DNA from: Tepidisphaera sp.
GTDB taxonomy: Bacteria > Planctomycetota > Phycisphaerae > Phycisphaerales > UBA1924
NCBI GenBank assembly: GCA_050916045.1
Contig: CP051526.1
Location: forward strand, 1,056,001-1,120,000
Length of the DNA: 64,000 nt
Reading direction: 5' to 3'
In this document: positions 47,748 through 58,644 of the stretch, in pieces
Layout: each line of letters begins with the position of its first letter
How positions within the stretch are numbered: position 1 is the first letter of the stretch
Notes under the pieces: model-generated
Database searches by the model: none
What the model saw: the letters and a program-made list of their open reading frames with translations, nothing else
What the model was told of the DNA's origin: nothing
Program-made: the position numbers and the translations under genes

Positions 47748-50276
47748 TCAGCGCGGGGCTTCGATATCCTTCGCGTCCGCCGGGGACCCGTCCGCGGGCG
47801 CCGCGATCCCCGAAGACCCGCCCCACGTCGGAGGCGTTGCCGGCAGGGGATAGATCCAGCGAACCCACGTCGTCCCCTCCGACGCGAGTGCTTCCCCATC
47901 GACAAAGAGCGGCGTCGGCGTCGCTCCCTTGAGTTCGCCCAGAATGATCACGCACGGCTGCGTGAACCATCTCGATGCATCCCACACCTGCCCGAACTGA
48001 CGCCGCGCGATGAACCGCCGTTCGTCGCTCACCGCTCCCTTGTCGCCAAGCCGCGGCGGCCCAAGCTGCCCCAGCGCGGTCAGAAGCTGCATCCGACGGC
48101 TCATCGTGAACGTGCTTCCCTCTTCCATCAGCCCCGCAGCAAAGCCCGCCGACTCCGCCAGCCGGTCAAGATACGTCGAAAGCGAGGAATCCACGCGGTT
48201 CTTCGCCGCTTCCCCGTCCAGCACCGAAAGATCAAGCGTCGCCCCCGGGCCCCACGCTTGCGTCCGATTCATCACCCACCCGCCCGAAACCGTCCCACGC
48301 CATCCTTCCGTCAGGTCCGGGCGCGACGCGATCGGACGCTGGCCCGGGAAGTACATCACGGTGATGCTTGTCAATTCCCCCGGCAGGTCGTGCTTCAGCC
48401 GGCCCGTCAGACGCCCATTCTCCGACTTCAGCTCGCCGCCGAGCTCGTCCGCGTCCGTCACCGGGTACGGCGTCCGCCACAGCGTCCCGCCCACCCACTC
48501 AACCTGAAGCTGCTTGACCGTCGATCGCGCCGGGAACGAGATCGTCGAAGGATTCGTCACGTCAAAGCTGTAATCCCGCGTGTCCGGGAACGCCGACTCG
48601 GCGCCTGCACCCTGCCGACCGCTCGTCCACGGAGCGATCGTGTTGCGAAGCTCGCGCTTGGCTCCAACCTCAAGGCGGCCGTCCATCCCGCCGACCCCCA
48701 CGCGGGCTTCCCCATACCACGGCAGCATCACGCTCAGCCATGTCCGCGAACGCGTGTACGACTGCCCGTGAACATGCTCGAAAAGCGTCAGGTGGCTCGC
48801 TTTCGTCTCGCCCGGCTTGATCAGCCACGCCCCGCCCCACGCAATCAGCGTGAACAGCCCCGCAAACCCCGTGAACGCAAGCCACGAATGCCGCGCCAGC
48901 CCGAGCTTGCGAAGCACCGCGTAGCTCACCGGCCCCGCCAGCGCCCAGTACAGCACGAAGACGATCAGACCCAGCAAGACGCCCGTCACCGCACGCTGCG
49001 ACTGCTCGCCCTTGGCCATCTCCTCCGGGAACTTCTCATCGATGACCACCGTGCTCCGCGAGAACTGCTGCGTCGCGCCCGCCGACTCCTGCGCCGTCAG
49101 CAGCTGCCCGCGCGTCCCGAGGATGCGGTGCCAGAAAACGTCCGCGTCGATCTGGATCGAGCTCTGACGCGTCAGGTCCAGCCCGATCACCGTGATCGCT
49201 CCGCTCCCCACCGATCGACGCACCGCGATGCAGTCCCCGCCCGGCCCGCTCAGGATCGGCACCGCTTTCGCCGCCGACACCCCGTCCCGAAGCTTGAACT
49301 CGTGCACGATCCCCTTCAGCGCATCCGCTCCAAACCGCGTGCTCGATCGCGTCAGAAGCGGGCCGTACGGCGTGAGATCCACCCCGTCCCGCCGCGTCAC
49401 ATCCACCTCCGGCATCAGGTCCGCAAGCTCGTGACCCACAGGTCCAAGCCACGTCTGACCCGCGCTCGGAAGCACCACCACAAGGTGTCCCCCGTGCAGG
49501 ATCCACTCCCGCACCGCCTGGGCGTACGCTCCGCGAAGCTCACCCGGCTCCCCAGACGTCCACACCATCGTCGAGATCGGCGCCAGGCCGATCCAGCTGT
49601 CGGGAAGCTCCGCCACCGTCCGCGCCTCGACGATCTGCATCGGCTCATGCAGGAAAAGCATCGAAGCCGCCGAGGTCGATGCCGACGCGAACCGATTCAG
49701 CCCCGCCGCGTGCGGACCCACCCGAAGCAGAAGCGGCACATCCGGTTCCAGAATCGAGAGCGATCGCCCCGTGCTCGATCGCGAATCCCCAAGCTCAATC
49801 TTCGCCAGAGGCTGATCCAGAATCGCCGCATCAAGCCCGCCGTCGCCCGCGATCGGGTACACGCCAAGCCACATCGAGTTCCCCGCCGCTCCAAGCGGCA
49901 GCCACGCGTACACCCACACCGGCTGCGCCACCCCCGGCGTCAGCGGCACCACCCGCCCGGGCGCGAAGTAATCCCCATCCGCATCGCGCATCACCAGCCG
50001 GACCGCCACGTTCCGCCGGGTCACCGACGTGTCCGTGATCCGCACACGCACCCCGACCATCCCGCCCTCGCGAGCCAGCCCGCCCACGCCCGCCATGTCC
50101 ACCTCGACCTTCAGCCCGGCGGTCGTCACTCCGGAACCGGGGGTTGGGGTCGGGTTCGGGTTCGCCGGCTGTCCCCACGCGGGCCGCCCGGCCAAGAAAG
50201 CGATCAGAAGAAGCAGGGAAAGGACCGAGAGTCCGGTCCGGAATGGCCTGCGCGGGGTGTTCCATGGAAGGTGCAC
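47748..50276 (-). CDS. Large exported/membrane protein upstream of the ABC ATPase
   Basis: Signal peptide, GATase-like WILHGGHLVV and GSGAITV segments, two TM helices with GPVSYAVLRK. Confidence 0.8.
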   Translation of the reverse strand: MHLPWNTPRRPFRTGLSVLSLLLLIAFLAGRPAWGQPANPNPTPTPGSGVTTAGLKVEVDMAGVGGLAREGGMVGVRVRITDTSVTRRNVAVRLVMRDADGDYFAPGRVVPLTPGVAQPVWVYAWLPLGAAGNSMWLGVYPIAGDGGLDAAILDQPLAKIELGDSRSSTGRSLSILEPDVPLLLRVGPHAAGLNRFASASTSAASMLFLHEPMQIVEARTVAELPDSWIGLAPISTMVWTSGEPGELRGAYAQAVREWILHGGHLVVVLPSAGQTWLGPVGHELADLMPEVDVTRRDGVDLTPYGPLLTRSSTRFGADALKGIVHEFKLRDGVSAAKAVPILSGPGGDCIAVRRSVGSGAITVIGLDLTRQSSIQIDADVFWHRILGTRGQLLTAQESAGATQQFSRSTVVIDEKFPEEMAKGEQSQRAVTGVLLGLIVFVLYWALAGPVSYAVLRKLGLARHSWLAFTGFAGLFTLIAWGGAWLIKPGETKASHLTLFEHVHGQSYTRSRTWLSVMLPWYGEARVGVGGMDGRLEVGAKRELRNTIAPWTSGRQGAGAESAFPDTRDYSFDVTNPSTISFPARSTVKQLQVEWVGGTLWRTPYPVTDADELGGELKSENGRLTGRLKHDLPGELTSITVMYFPGQRPIASRPDLTEGWRGTVSGGWVMNRTQAWGPGATLDLSVLDGEAAKNRVDSSLSTYLDRLAESAGFAAGLMEEGSTFTMSRRMQLLTALGQLGPPRLGDKGAVSDERRFIARRQFGQVWDASRWFTQPCVIILGELKGATPTPLFVDGEALASEGTTWVRWIYPLPATPPTWGGSSGIAAPADGSPADAKDIEAPR

Positions 50277-50295
50277 GTCAGCATTCTACTGGCAA

Positions 50296-50321
50296 TCAAG
50301 GCGGGGGGTTCCTCCGCCGAT
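50296..50321 (+). promoter_or_regulatory. Candidate sigma-28-type promoter
   Basis: TCAAG-N15-GCCGAT, 11 nt before ATG 50333. Confidence 0.55.
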
Positions 50322-50332
50322 GCCTTCCCACG

Positions 50333-50542
50333 ATGCTTTCGCCGGAAACACAAGCCGCCCTGACCCTTGCGATCGCTGTCGGCGCGGCCTGGGCCGTCCT
50401 CCACGTCACCGCCGTCTTCATGAAGCACCAAGCCGACGTCGCCGAACTCCATCGCAAGGTCCGCCAGCTCCGCGACGACTACATCCGACGGACCAAGTCC
50501 AAGCGCGAAGAGCAGATCCTGGAAGTCGGCGAAGCCGCCTGA
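50333..50542 (+). CDS. Small single-TM protein with coiled-coil tail ending EAA
   Basis: 69 aa, TM then heptad-like stretch, native codon usage. Confidence 0.65.
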   Translation: MLSPETQAALTLAIAVGAAWAVLHVTAVFMKHQADVAELHRKVRQLRDDYIRRTKSKREEQILEVGEAA

Positions 50543-50685
50543 TCACCCCGCTTGCGGCTCCGTTCTTCGCGTCTCGCGTTGACTCACACGATCGCCCGAC
50601 GACGGGATCGCCTTGGCAAGGACCACCGCCAGCGGGTATGCTGCGACAGACTCCCCGCGCCGGGGCGTCTTCACGAGGTCCTCCC

Positions 50686-52008
<1,323 letters not shown>

Positions 52009-52019
52009 GGAGCACCCCA

Positions 52020-52042
52020 GTAGCACGGGCTTCCAGCCCGTG
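52020..52042. repeat. GTAG-type REP palindrome
   Basis: GTAG-cacgggct-tcc-agcccgtg. Confidence 0.65.
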
Positions 52043-52056
52043 GCGAGGCGCCGCAC

Positions 52057-52899
52057 GTGCCAAGTCGATCAAAAAAGTCGAATCGATCGTGGTCACGACG
52101 TCTCAGTGAGTTCATTTTTGACCCTGATCCACCGACGTGGATGTCGAGTGGTGTGGTCTTCCTCGCCGCAATTGTTTGGATCGTTTTTGCCGCGCCAAGC
52201 AAGCCCGTTTCCATGAAGCACAGCACCATGCGAGTCCAAGCGCACCTCACGCCAGCAGGGACGTGGTCATCGCCGCCAGTGCCCGGACGAGTCGGTGACA
52301 TCGACGCCACGATCCACTTCAAACGAGAGACTCACACCTTCTGGTCGTCCGTCGAATACTCAATCTTCATCATGTCCGCGTCCGCGAACGGCGTCCCGAT
52401 GCAGACCGCGCAGGTGCTGGCTGCATGGAACCAGCGTTTGGACGCGGGAGATACCCGATGGGCCTCGTCCGAAGGCGATTCACTGAGTATCGCGGAGCAG
52501 AAAGCGGTGCTCGCCGCCCTCGCCGCCCGAGAAGCAGCCCGCGCGGCGGCAATCGCGCCGGGTGCCGCCACAAGAAGATCCCTCGGTGACCCGCTTTTCA
52601 TCGCAACGCCTCCTTACATGCGATGGGTCGCGCACGCGAACTGGGTTATCCCCGTGTCGCTCATCCTGCTTTCCCTCGTCCTCGCGGTCGGGCGTGCCGG
52701 GCGAAGAGCCGCGATCCGCGCTCGATTCGTGCGCCTCAAGTCTGGTGTATGCCCGGAATGCGGCTACTTGCGAAGCGGAATCGCGGATGACGCCGTATGC
52801 CCGGAGTGCGGTGAGGACCCCGTCGAGGCTCTCGACGCCGCTGTGCGGGAGAGGCAAAGGCTGATGGGGGCGAAACTACCGGCCAGCCCGCAGGGCTGA
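52057..52899 (+). CDS. Membrane protein with C-terminal double CxxC zinc ribbon
   Basis: Two TMs; CPECGYLRSGIADDAVCPECG. Confidence 0.7.
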   Translation: MPSRSKKSNRSWSRRLSEFIFDPDPPTWMSSGVVFLAAIVWIVFAAPSKPVSMKHSTMRVQAHLTPAGTWSSPPVPGRVGDIDATIHFKRETHTFWSSVEYSIFIMSASANGVPMQTAQVLAAWNQRLDAGDTRWASSEGDSLSIAEQKAVLAALAAREAARAAAIAPGAATRRSLGDPLFIATPPYMRWVAHANWVIPVSLILLSLVLAVGRAGRRAAIRARFVRLKSGVCPECGYLRSGIADDAVCPECGEDPVEALDAAVRERQRLMGAKLPASPQG

Positions 52900-52994
52900 T
52901 CGAAAGGAGCCGGGGGCAAAGCCCCCGGTGATGACGCAAGTCCAGTTGGCACCCTGCAAGGCTGCAGTTTCCTCCGCGTCCCGCCCCACACTCG

Positions 52995-53387
52995 CTAGAG
53001 AACGAAGAAAACGGGTCGGTTGCTCGCGTGCGCCTCGGCAAGCAGACTCCTCAGCTGTTTCCAAAGCTCAAGCTTCGGCCCCTCACATCTCCCCCGCATC
53101 ACTGCCTCCGCCGCACGAATTGCGCCCTCGGCTTGATGTGCCTCCAACACCACTTCCTCATGCTCGTCGATGCGAAGCCCGCAAGCCGCGTTGATCGCAG
53201 GCAACGCCCCGGACTGCCAAAGGTGCAGAAACCCGGCATCTCCAAGCGGAAGTACACGCGCGTTGGCCGTCGAACTCGTCCACCACGTTCGAAACATCGC
53301 CTCCGTGGAGTCATCCAGCGGAATGCACACGCCTTGCCGATAAACCTCACTCAGTTGCTGAAGCGGCGGTCCAGATTCGATATCCAA
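52995..53387 (-). CDS. Hypothetical protein
   Basis: 130-aa ORF directly downstream of 53389-54612; no motif recognised. Confidence 0.55.
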   Translation of the reverse strand: MDIESGPPLQQLSEVYRQGVCIPLDDSTEAMFRTWWTSSTANARVLPLGDAGFLHLWQSGALPAINAACGLRIDEHEEVVLEAHQAEGAIRAAEAVMRGRCEGPKLELWKQLRSLLAEAHASNRPVFFVL

Positions 53388-53388
53388 G

Positions 53389-54612
53389 CTACCTCACCCG
53401 CGTCACCGTCGTCTTCTGCACCGCCGTCGACTTCCCAGCTTTCCCCGCGCCAAGCTTGAGCTCCGCATCAAGCGTCTGCGTCGACGTCAGCGACTCCACG
53501 AACCCATCCTCCGTGTTCCACACGTACGACCCCTCGTGCGTCACCGCGTTCAGCTTGAACGGCACGCCCGGCTGCTGCGCCGCCGACCCGCTTTGCATGC
53601 TCCCCTTGATCCCGATCGTCGCTTTCCCCCCGCGAGCCTCGCGCACGGTGTACGTCGTGCTCATCTCAAGCGGCCCCGTCAGCGCAAGGTCGATCTTGTC
53701 CCGCGTCGTCCACGTATCGCCCACGCGAGCCGTCGGCCGCGTCTTGTCCACCGTAAAGATCCCGCCGAAAAGGCCCTTCGCACCGCCCCCGTTCCCGCCC
53801 GGAGTACCCGGCATCCCGCCCGCTTCTCCAAACAACGCCGCGAACTTTTCCCCGCCCTCCACCTTCGTCACGTTCCCGTTCTTGTCCACCGTCAGCTTGA
53901 GCACATCACCCACAAGCGGACGCAGCGCCTGCTCCAGCGGCGGCGTACCCGCGAACTCCGAAAGCGGATCCGCCGGCTTCTTGGGCGCAGGCTTCGGAGG
54001 CTTGGTGCTATCAAACTCGTCCGTCATCCAGTCCGACTCGATCTTCATCTTGATCGACTCAAACACCACCTCGACCGTCGCTTCCCCCTCCTCGCTCACC
54101 GCCGTCGGCCGAAACACAAGCACAAACTCCTGAGTCGTTTTGCTCTTGTTCTCATCCTCCGACCCCGGTTTACTGTTCGGCGCCGGCGTGTTCGGCCCGC
54201 CCGGAAGCGGCTTGCCGTCCGGATCCTCGAAAAGCCCCGGCATCGTCGTCGTGCTCTCGCTCGTGTTCCCCATCTTGAGGCGGAACTCCTGCCCGACCTT
54301 GAACTTCGGCCGAAGGTCAATCATCCCGCGCGTTCCCGGTCCGGACGGGTCCAGCGAAGGCGGCGTCGTGGGCGTCGCTGGCGGTGTGGCAGGGGGCGTC
54401 GACGGAGACGGTGCAGGAGTGGGGGAGGGCGTCGTCGGCGGAGCCGAAGGCTCCTTGATCGGCGCCGGCGGCTTCGTCGGTCCAGGCGTCGGAAGCGGCG
54501 CAGGATCAGGCTGGGCCGGTTTCTTCCCCGGCTGCGCGACCGCGCCCAAAGCCATGCCCGAAGCCATCACCGCGACCAGACCCGTCGTCCAAACCCGCTT
54601 CATCGTTCGCAT
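53389..54612 (-). CDS. Exported protein with Pro-rich linker (DUF6263-like)
   Basis: Signal peptide, LRPKFKVGQ, VDKNGNVTKVEG, RVGDTW. Confidence 0.75.
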   Translation of the reverse strand: MRTMKRVWTTGLVAVMASGMALGAVAQPGKKPAQPDPAPLPTPGPTKPPAPIKEPSAPPTTPSPTPAPSPSTPPATPPATPTTPPSLDPSGPGTRGMIDLRPKFKVGQEFRLKMGNTSESTTTMPGLFEDPDGKPLPGGPNTPAPNSKPGSEDENKSKTTQEFVLVFRPTAVSEEGEATVEVVFESIKMKIESDWMTDEFDSTKPPKPAPKKPADPLSEFAGTPPLEQALRPLVGDVLKLTVDKNGNVTKVEGGEKFAALFGEAGGMPGTPGGNGGGAKGLFGGIFTVDKTRPTARVGDTWTTRDKIDLALTGPLEMSTTYTVREARGGKATIGIKGSMQSGSAAQQPGVPFKLNAVTHEGSYVWNTEDGFVESLTSTQTLDAELKLGAGKAGKSTAVQKTTVTRVR

Positions 54613-54809
54613 GTCGCGCCCCTTTCATGCTCGGCATCTCGCCGGCCGCACCTCGCCCGATCCCCATCCCGCCCGCGAATCATACGGATACATCGACCAC
54701 CCGGGTCCGAGAGTTCACCCGCTTGAAACCCTTTCGACTTCCGCCTTCTGCCCCCCAACACTCACCCATCACCCCACACGCCCCAACGCACCCCTCGCAG
54801 GAGCCCGCG

Positions 54810-55331
54810 ATGCACGTTCACCTCACCACCACCCTCGGCGACATCGTCATCAAGCTCGACGCCGAAAAAGCCCCCGAATCCGCCAAGAACTTCCTCGCCT
54901 ACGTCGACGCGGGCCACTACGCCGGCACCATCTTCCACCGCGTCATCCCCGGCTTCATGATCCAGGGCGGCGGCCTCACCAAGGACATGGTCCAGAAGGA
55001 AACCCGCCCCGGCGTCGTCAATGAATGGAAGAACGGCCTCAAAAACGTCAAGGGCGCCGTCGCGATGGCCCGCCTCGGCGGCCGCCCCGACTCCGGCACC
55101 TGCCAGTTCTTCATCAACACCGTCGACAACGACTTCCTCGACCGCCCCCAGCCCGACGGCGCCGCCTACGCCGTCTTCGGCAAGGTCGTCAGTGGCATGG
55201 ACACCGTCGAGAAAATCCGCAACGTCCCCACCGGCAACAAAGGCCAGTACGGCGACGTTCCCAAGACCGCAATCGAGATCACCGGCGCCAAACGTCTCTC
55301 CGACGCGGAAGCCAAAGCACTCGTCGGCTGA
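54810..55331 (+). CDS. Cyclophilin-type peptidyl-prolyl isomerase
   Basis: FHRVIPGFMIQGGG, AMAR, QFFIN, YAVFGKV. Confidence 0.95.
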   Translation: MHVHLTTTLGDIVIKLDAEKAPESAKNFLAYVDAGHYAGTIFHRVIPGFMIQGGGLTKDMVQKETRPGVVNEWKNGLKNVKGAVAMARLGGRPDSGTCQFFINTVDNDFLDRPQPDGAAYAVFGKVVSGMDTVEKIRNVPTGNKGQYGDVPKTAIEITGAKRLSDAEAKALVG

Positions 55332-55370
55332 GTTCACCATCCCCGCAGCGGGACAACCGGGAGCGACCCA

Positions 55371-56513
55371 ATGCTGATGGCCGATCTGATCGCCGCGATG
55401 GAACGCATCGCACCACTCGCCCACGCCGAACCGTGGGACAAGGTCGGTCTCCTCGTCGGCTCCCCGCGCCACGAGCTCACCGGGCCCGTCCTCCTCACCA
55501 TCGACCTCACCGAACGCGTCCTCGCCGAAGCCATCGAAGCCGAAGCCTCCGCCGTCATCGCCTACCACCCGCCCATCTGGGACCCCCTCGCCCGCATCAC
55601 CGACGCCACCCCCTCGCAACGCATCGTCCTCGGCGCCATCGAACGCGGCATCAGCATCTACTCACCCCACACCGCGCTCGACGCCGTCCCCGGCGGCATC
55701 ACCGACTGGCTCTGCGAAGGCCTCTCCGGCGGCGACAACTCCGGCAAAATCAACGGCGACTGCCGCGCACTCACCCCGCACCACGACCGCCCCGCGACCG
55801 AAGAAGCCAAGATCGTCACCTTCGTCCCCGCCACCCACGTCGAAACCGTCCGCAACGCCCTCGCCACCGCCGGCGCAGGAATCATCGGCGGCTACAAGGT
55901 CTGCTCCTTCAGCACCGCCGGCGCCGGAACCTTCCTCGGCGGCGAAGGCACCAAGCCCGCCGTCGGCGAAGCAGGACGCCTCGAATCCGTCCCCGAAGTC
56001 CGCCTCGAGATGGTCTGCTCCAAAGCCGCACTCCCCCTCGCCGTTCAAACCCTCCGCCGCTTCCACCCCTACGAAACCCCCGCTTTCGAAGTCTACGAAC
56101 TCCTCCCCAAGCCCCAGCGCGATTTCGGCGCCGGCCGCCGCCTCGTCCTCGACCGCCCCGTCTCCGTCGATGAACTCGCCCTGCGGCTCAAAGCCTTCCT
56201 CGGCAACCCCTACGTCCGCATCGCCGACGCCGGACACACCGGCCCCGTCCGCACCATCGGCGTCTGCCCCGGCTCGGGCTCATCGCTCCTCTCGGTCGCC
56301 AAAGCCGAAGGCTGCGAGGTCTTCGTCACCGGCGAACTCTCGCACCACCAGGTCATCGCGACCCTCCATAGCGGCGTCTCCGTCATCCTCGGTGAGCACA
56401 CAGGCACCGAACGCGGATTCCTCCCCAGACTCGCCTCCCGCCTCGCCGAAAGCCTGCCCGGCATCTCGATCGTGGTGAGCACGGCCGACCGCGACCCCCT
56501 CCGCACCGTCTGA
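55371..56513 (+). CDS. Nif3-like dinuclear metal centre protein with PII-like insert
   Basis: WDKVGLLVG, YHPPI, HTALD, HPYETPA, TGELSHH, HTGTER. Confidence 0.93.
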   Translation: MLMADLIAAMERIAPLAHAEPWDKVGLLVGSPRHELTGPVLLTIDLTERVLAEAIEAEASAVIAYHPPIWDPLARITDATPSQRIVLGAIERGISIYSPHTALDAVPGGITDWLCEGLSGGDNSGKINGDCRALTPHHDRPATEEAKIVTFVPATHVETVRNALATAGAGIIGGYKVCSFSTAGAGTFLGGEGTKPAVGEAGRLESVPEVRLEMVCSKAALPLAVQTLRRFHPYETPAFEVYELLPKPQRDFGAGRRLVLDRPVSVDELALRLKAFLGNPYVRIADAGHTGPVRTIGVCPGSGSSLLSVAKAEGCEVFVTGELSHHQVIATLHSGVSVILGEHTGTERGFLPRLASRLAESLPGISIVVSTADRDPLRTV

Positions 56514-56522
56514 GACCCACGC

Positions 56523-57092
56523 ATGGGAACCATGGAACCCGTCACCGGACCGCTCAGAGACGGCCGCGCCATCGTCGTCCGCATCGCCAGCCCCGAGGAT
56601 GCCGACGCCTACAACGCCCTCATCACGCAAGCCACCTCCGACGTCAACGCCGTCACCGAGCTCGACGAAGCCGCCGAGGCGTGCAAGTCCCGCGCAACCC
56701 GGATCCGAGAAGCCCACGAAAACCCCCAGGAGTTGCTCCTCGTCGCCGAGTGTGATGGCACACTTGTGGGCGAACTCTCCTTCTCCGCGCCCACCCTCCG
56801 TCGCGTGGCCCACCGCGGCAGGTTCGGCATCTACGTCGCTTCCGGTTTCCGCGGCGTCGGCGTCGGTGAAGCCTTGATCCGGGCTCTGCTCAACTGGGCC
56901 GCCGCCCACCCCGTCATCGAAAAAGTCAGACTCGGCGTCCTTTCTTCCAACCCCGGAGCCATCCGCCTGTATCTCAAGCTCGGGTTCGTTGAAGAAGCGC
57001 GAAGGTCGCGCGAGTTTCGCATGCCCGGAGGTCGCTACGCCGACGACATCCTCATGGCACGCTACGTCAAGCCCTTGCTTCCCCCACGTTGA
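56523..57092 (+). CDS. GNAT acetyltransferase
   Basis: FRGVGVGEALI, NPGAIRLYLKLGF. Confidence 0.9.
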   Translation: MGTMEPVTGPLRDGRAIVVRIASPEDADAYNALITQATSDVNAVTELDEAAEACKSRATRIREAHENPQELLLVAECDGTLVGELSFSAPTLRRVAHRGRFGIYVASGFRGVGVGEALIRALLNWAAAHPVIEKVRLGVLSSNPGAIRLYLKLGFVEEARRSREFRMPGGRYADDILMARYVKPLLPPR

Positions 57093-57155
57093 CCCACGCC
57101 CGACCGTCGATTTTCTGTTGGGATCCGGACTTCCCACCGCTACACTGATCCCGGC

Positions 57156-58574
57156 ATGATCCCCCCGTCCCCAGATCCCAAAGCCGCACGCCGCCCCGTC
57201 GAGATCGACGTCGCCGCCGCCGCAGTTCCGCGCACCTTCGACGAAACCCTCGCGTTCCTCTCCGCCCGCACCGATGTCGAACGCCTCCGCCCCACGCGCG
57301 TCACCCCCGGAACCTTCCGCCTCGACCGCATGGAAGCCCTCGTCGATGCCCTCGGCCGACCCGACCACGAGTTCAAATCCATCCACGTCGCCGGCTCCAA
57401 GGGCAAGGGAAGCGTCTGCGAGATGACCGCCGCCGCTCTCGCCGGCTGCGGCTACGCCGTCGGCCTCTACACCAGCCCTCACCTCGTCGATCTCCGCGAA
57501 CGCATCCGCATCGGCGGCCAGTGGATCAGCCCCGCCGACTTCGCCGACGCCGTCGCGACAGTGGCCCGCGCCCTCCCCGCCGTCGAGAAGAAACACGGGC
57601 CCGCCACCTACTTCGAAATCCTCACCGCCGCTTCCTTCGTCCACTTCGCCCAGCAAGCCGTCGACTTCGCCGTCATCGAAGTCGGCCTCGGCGGACGCCT
57701 CGATTCCACCAACGTCATCTGCCCCGAGGTCGCCGCCGTCACCTCCATCCAGCTCGAACACACCCAGCTCCTCGGCGACACCCTCGCCAAGATCGCCGCC
57801 GAAAAGGCGGGCATCTTCAAGAAGGACGTCCAAGCCCTCACCGTCCCGCAGAAACCCGAAGTCCTCGAGGTCTTCCGCGAGACCGCCAAAGCCGTCGGCT
57901 GCCCGCTCTCCATCCTCGGCGAGGACCTCGAGTTCTCCCAAAGGTTCGAAGCCAACCCCGAGCTCGGCCCGCACCACCGCGTCTGCCTCTTCACCCCACG
58001 CTCCACCTTCGAACACATCGCCTCGCCCCTCAAGGGCGACCACCAAGCCGTCAACTGCGGCCTTTCCCTCGCCATCGTCGATGCGCTCCGCCAGCGCGGC
58101 CACGCCCTCCCCGACCGCGGCATCGCCGAAGGCCTCGCGAAAGCCTCCGCCCAAGGCCGCCTTGAGTTCATCCACCAGACCCCCCGCCTCATGATCGACG
58201 GCGCCCACACCCCAGACTCCATCCAGGCGCTGCTCCGCTCCGTCAGCACCCACTACAAGTTCGACAATCTCATCGTCGTCTTCGGATGCTCTTCCGACAA
58301 GGACGCTCCCGGCATGATGGCCAAGCTTGTCGGCGGCGCCGACAAGGTCATCCTCACGCGAGCGACCGACTCGTCCCGAGCCGTCGAACCCCGCGACCTC
58401 TATCGCAAGTTCGTCGAGTTGACATCCAAGCCCGCCCAGGTCGCGCCCACCGTCAAGGACGCCATCAACCTCGCCGCCAAAGCCGCCCAGCGCGGCGACC
58501 TCATCATCGTGACGGGAAGCTTCCTCGTCGCCGGCGAAGCCAAACGCCTCTTCGAAGAGAAATCCCGCGCCTAA
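57156..58574 (+). CDS. folC: Folylpolyglutamate synthase / dihydrofolate synthase
   Basis: HVAGSKGKGS, TSPHL..RERI, EVGLGGRLDSTN, EKAGI, DGAH, TGSF. Confidence 0.95.
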   Translation: MIPPSPDPKAARRPVEIDVAAAAVPRTFDETLAFLSARTDVERLRPTRVTPGTFRLDRMEALVDALGRPDHEFKSIHVAGSKGKGSVCEMTAAALAGCGYAVGLYTSPHLVDLRERIRIGGQWISPADFADAVATVARALPAVEKKHGPATYFEILTAASFVHFAQQAVDFAVIEVGLGGRLDSTNVICPEVAAVTSIQLEHTQLLGDTLAKIAAEKAGIFKKDVQALTVPQKPEVLEVFRETAKAVGCPLSILGEDLEFSQRFEANPELGPHHRVCLFTPRSTFEHIASPLKGDHQAVNCGLSLAIVDALRQRGHALPDRGIAEGLAKASAQGRLEFIHQTPRLMIDGAHTPDSIQALLRSVSTHYKFDNLIVVFGCSSDKDAPGMMAKLVGGADKVILTRATDSSRAVEPRDLYRKFVELTSKPAQVAPTVKDAINLAAKAAQRGDLIIVTGSFLVAGEAKRLFEEKSRA

Positions 58575-58644
58575 CCCGCGAGCCGGGGCGTGTCGCCCCG
58601 CCCGACGCCTCTGATCGATCATCCGCAACCGCGCCAGCCCCGGC

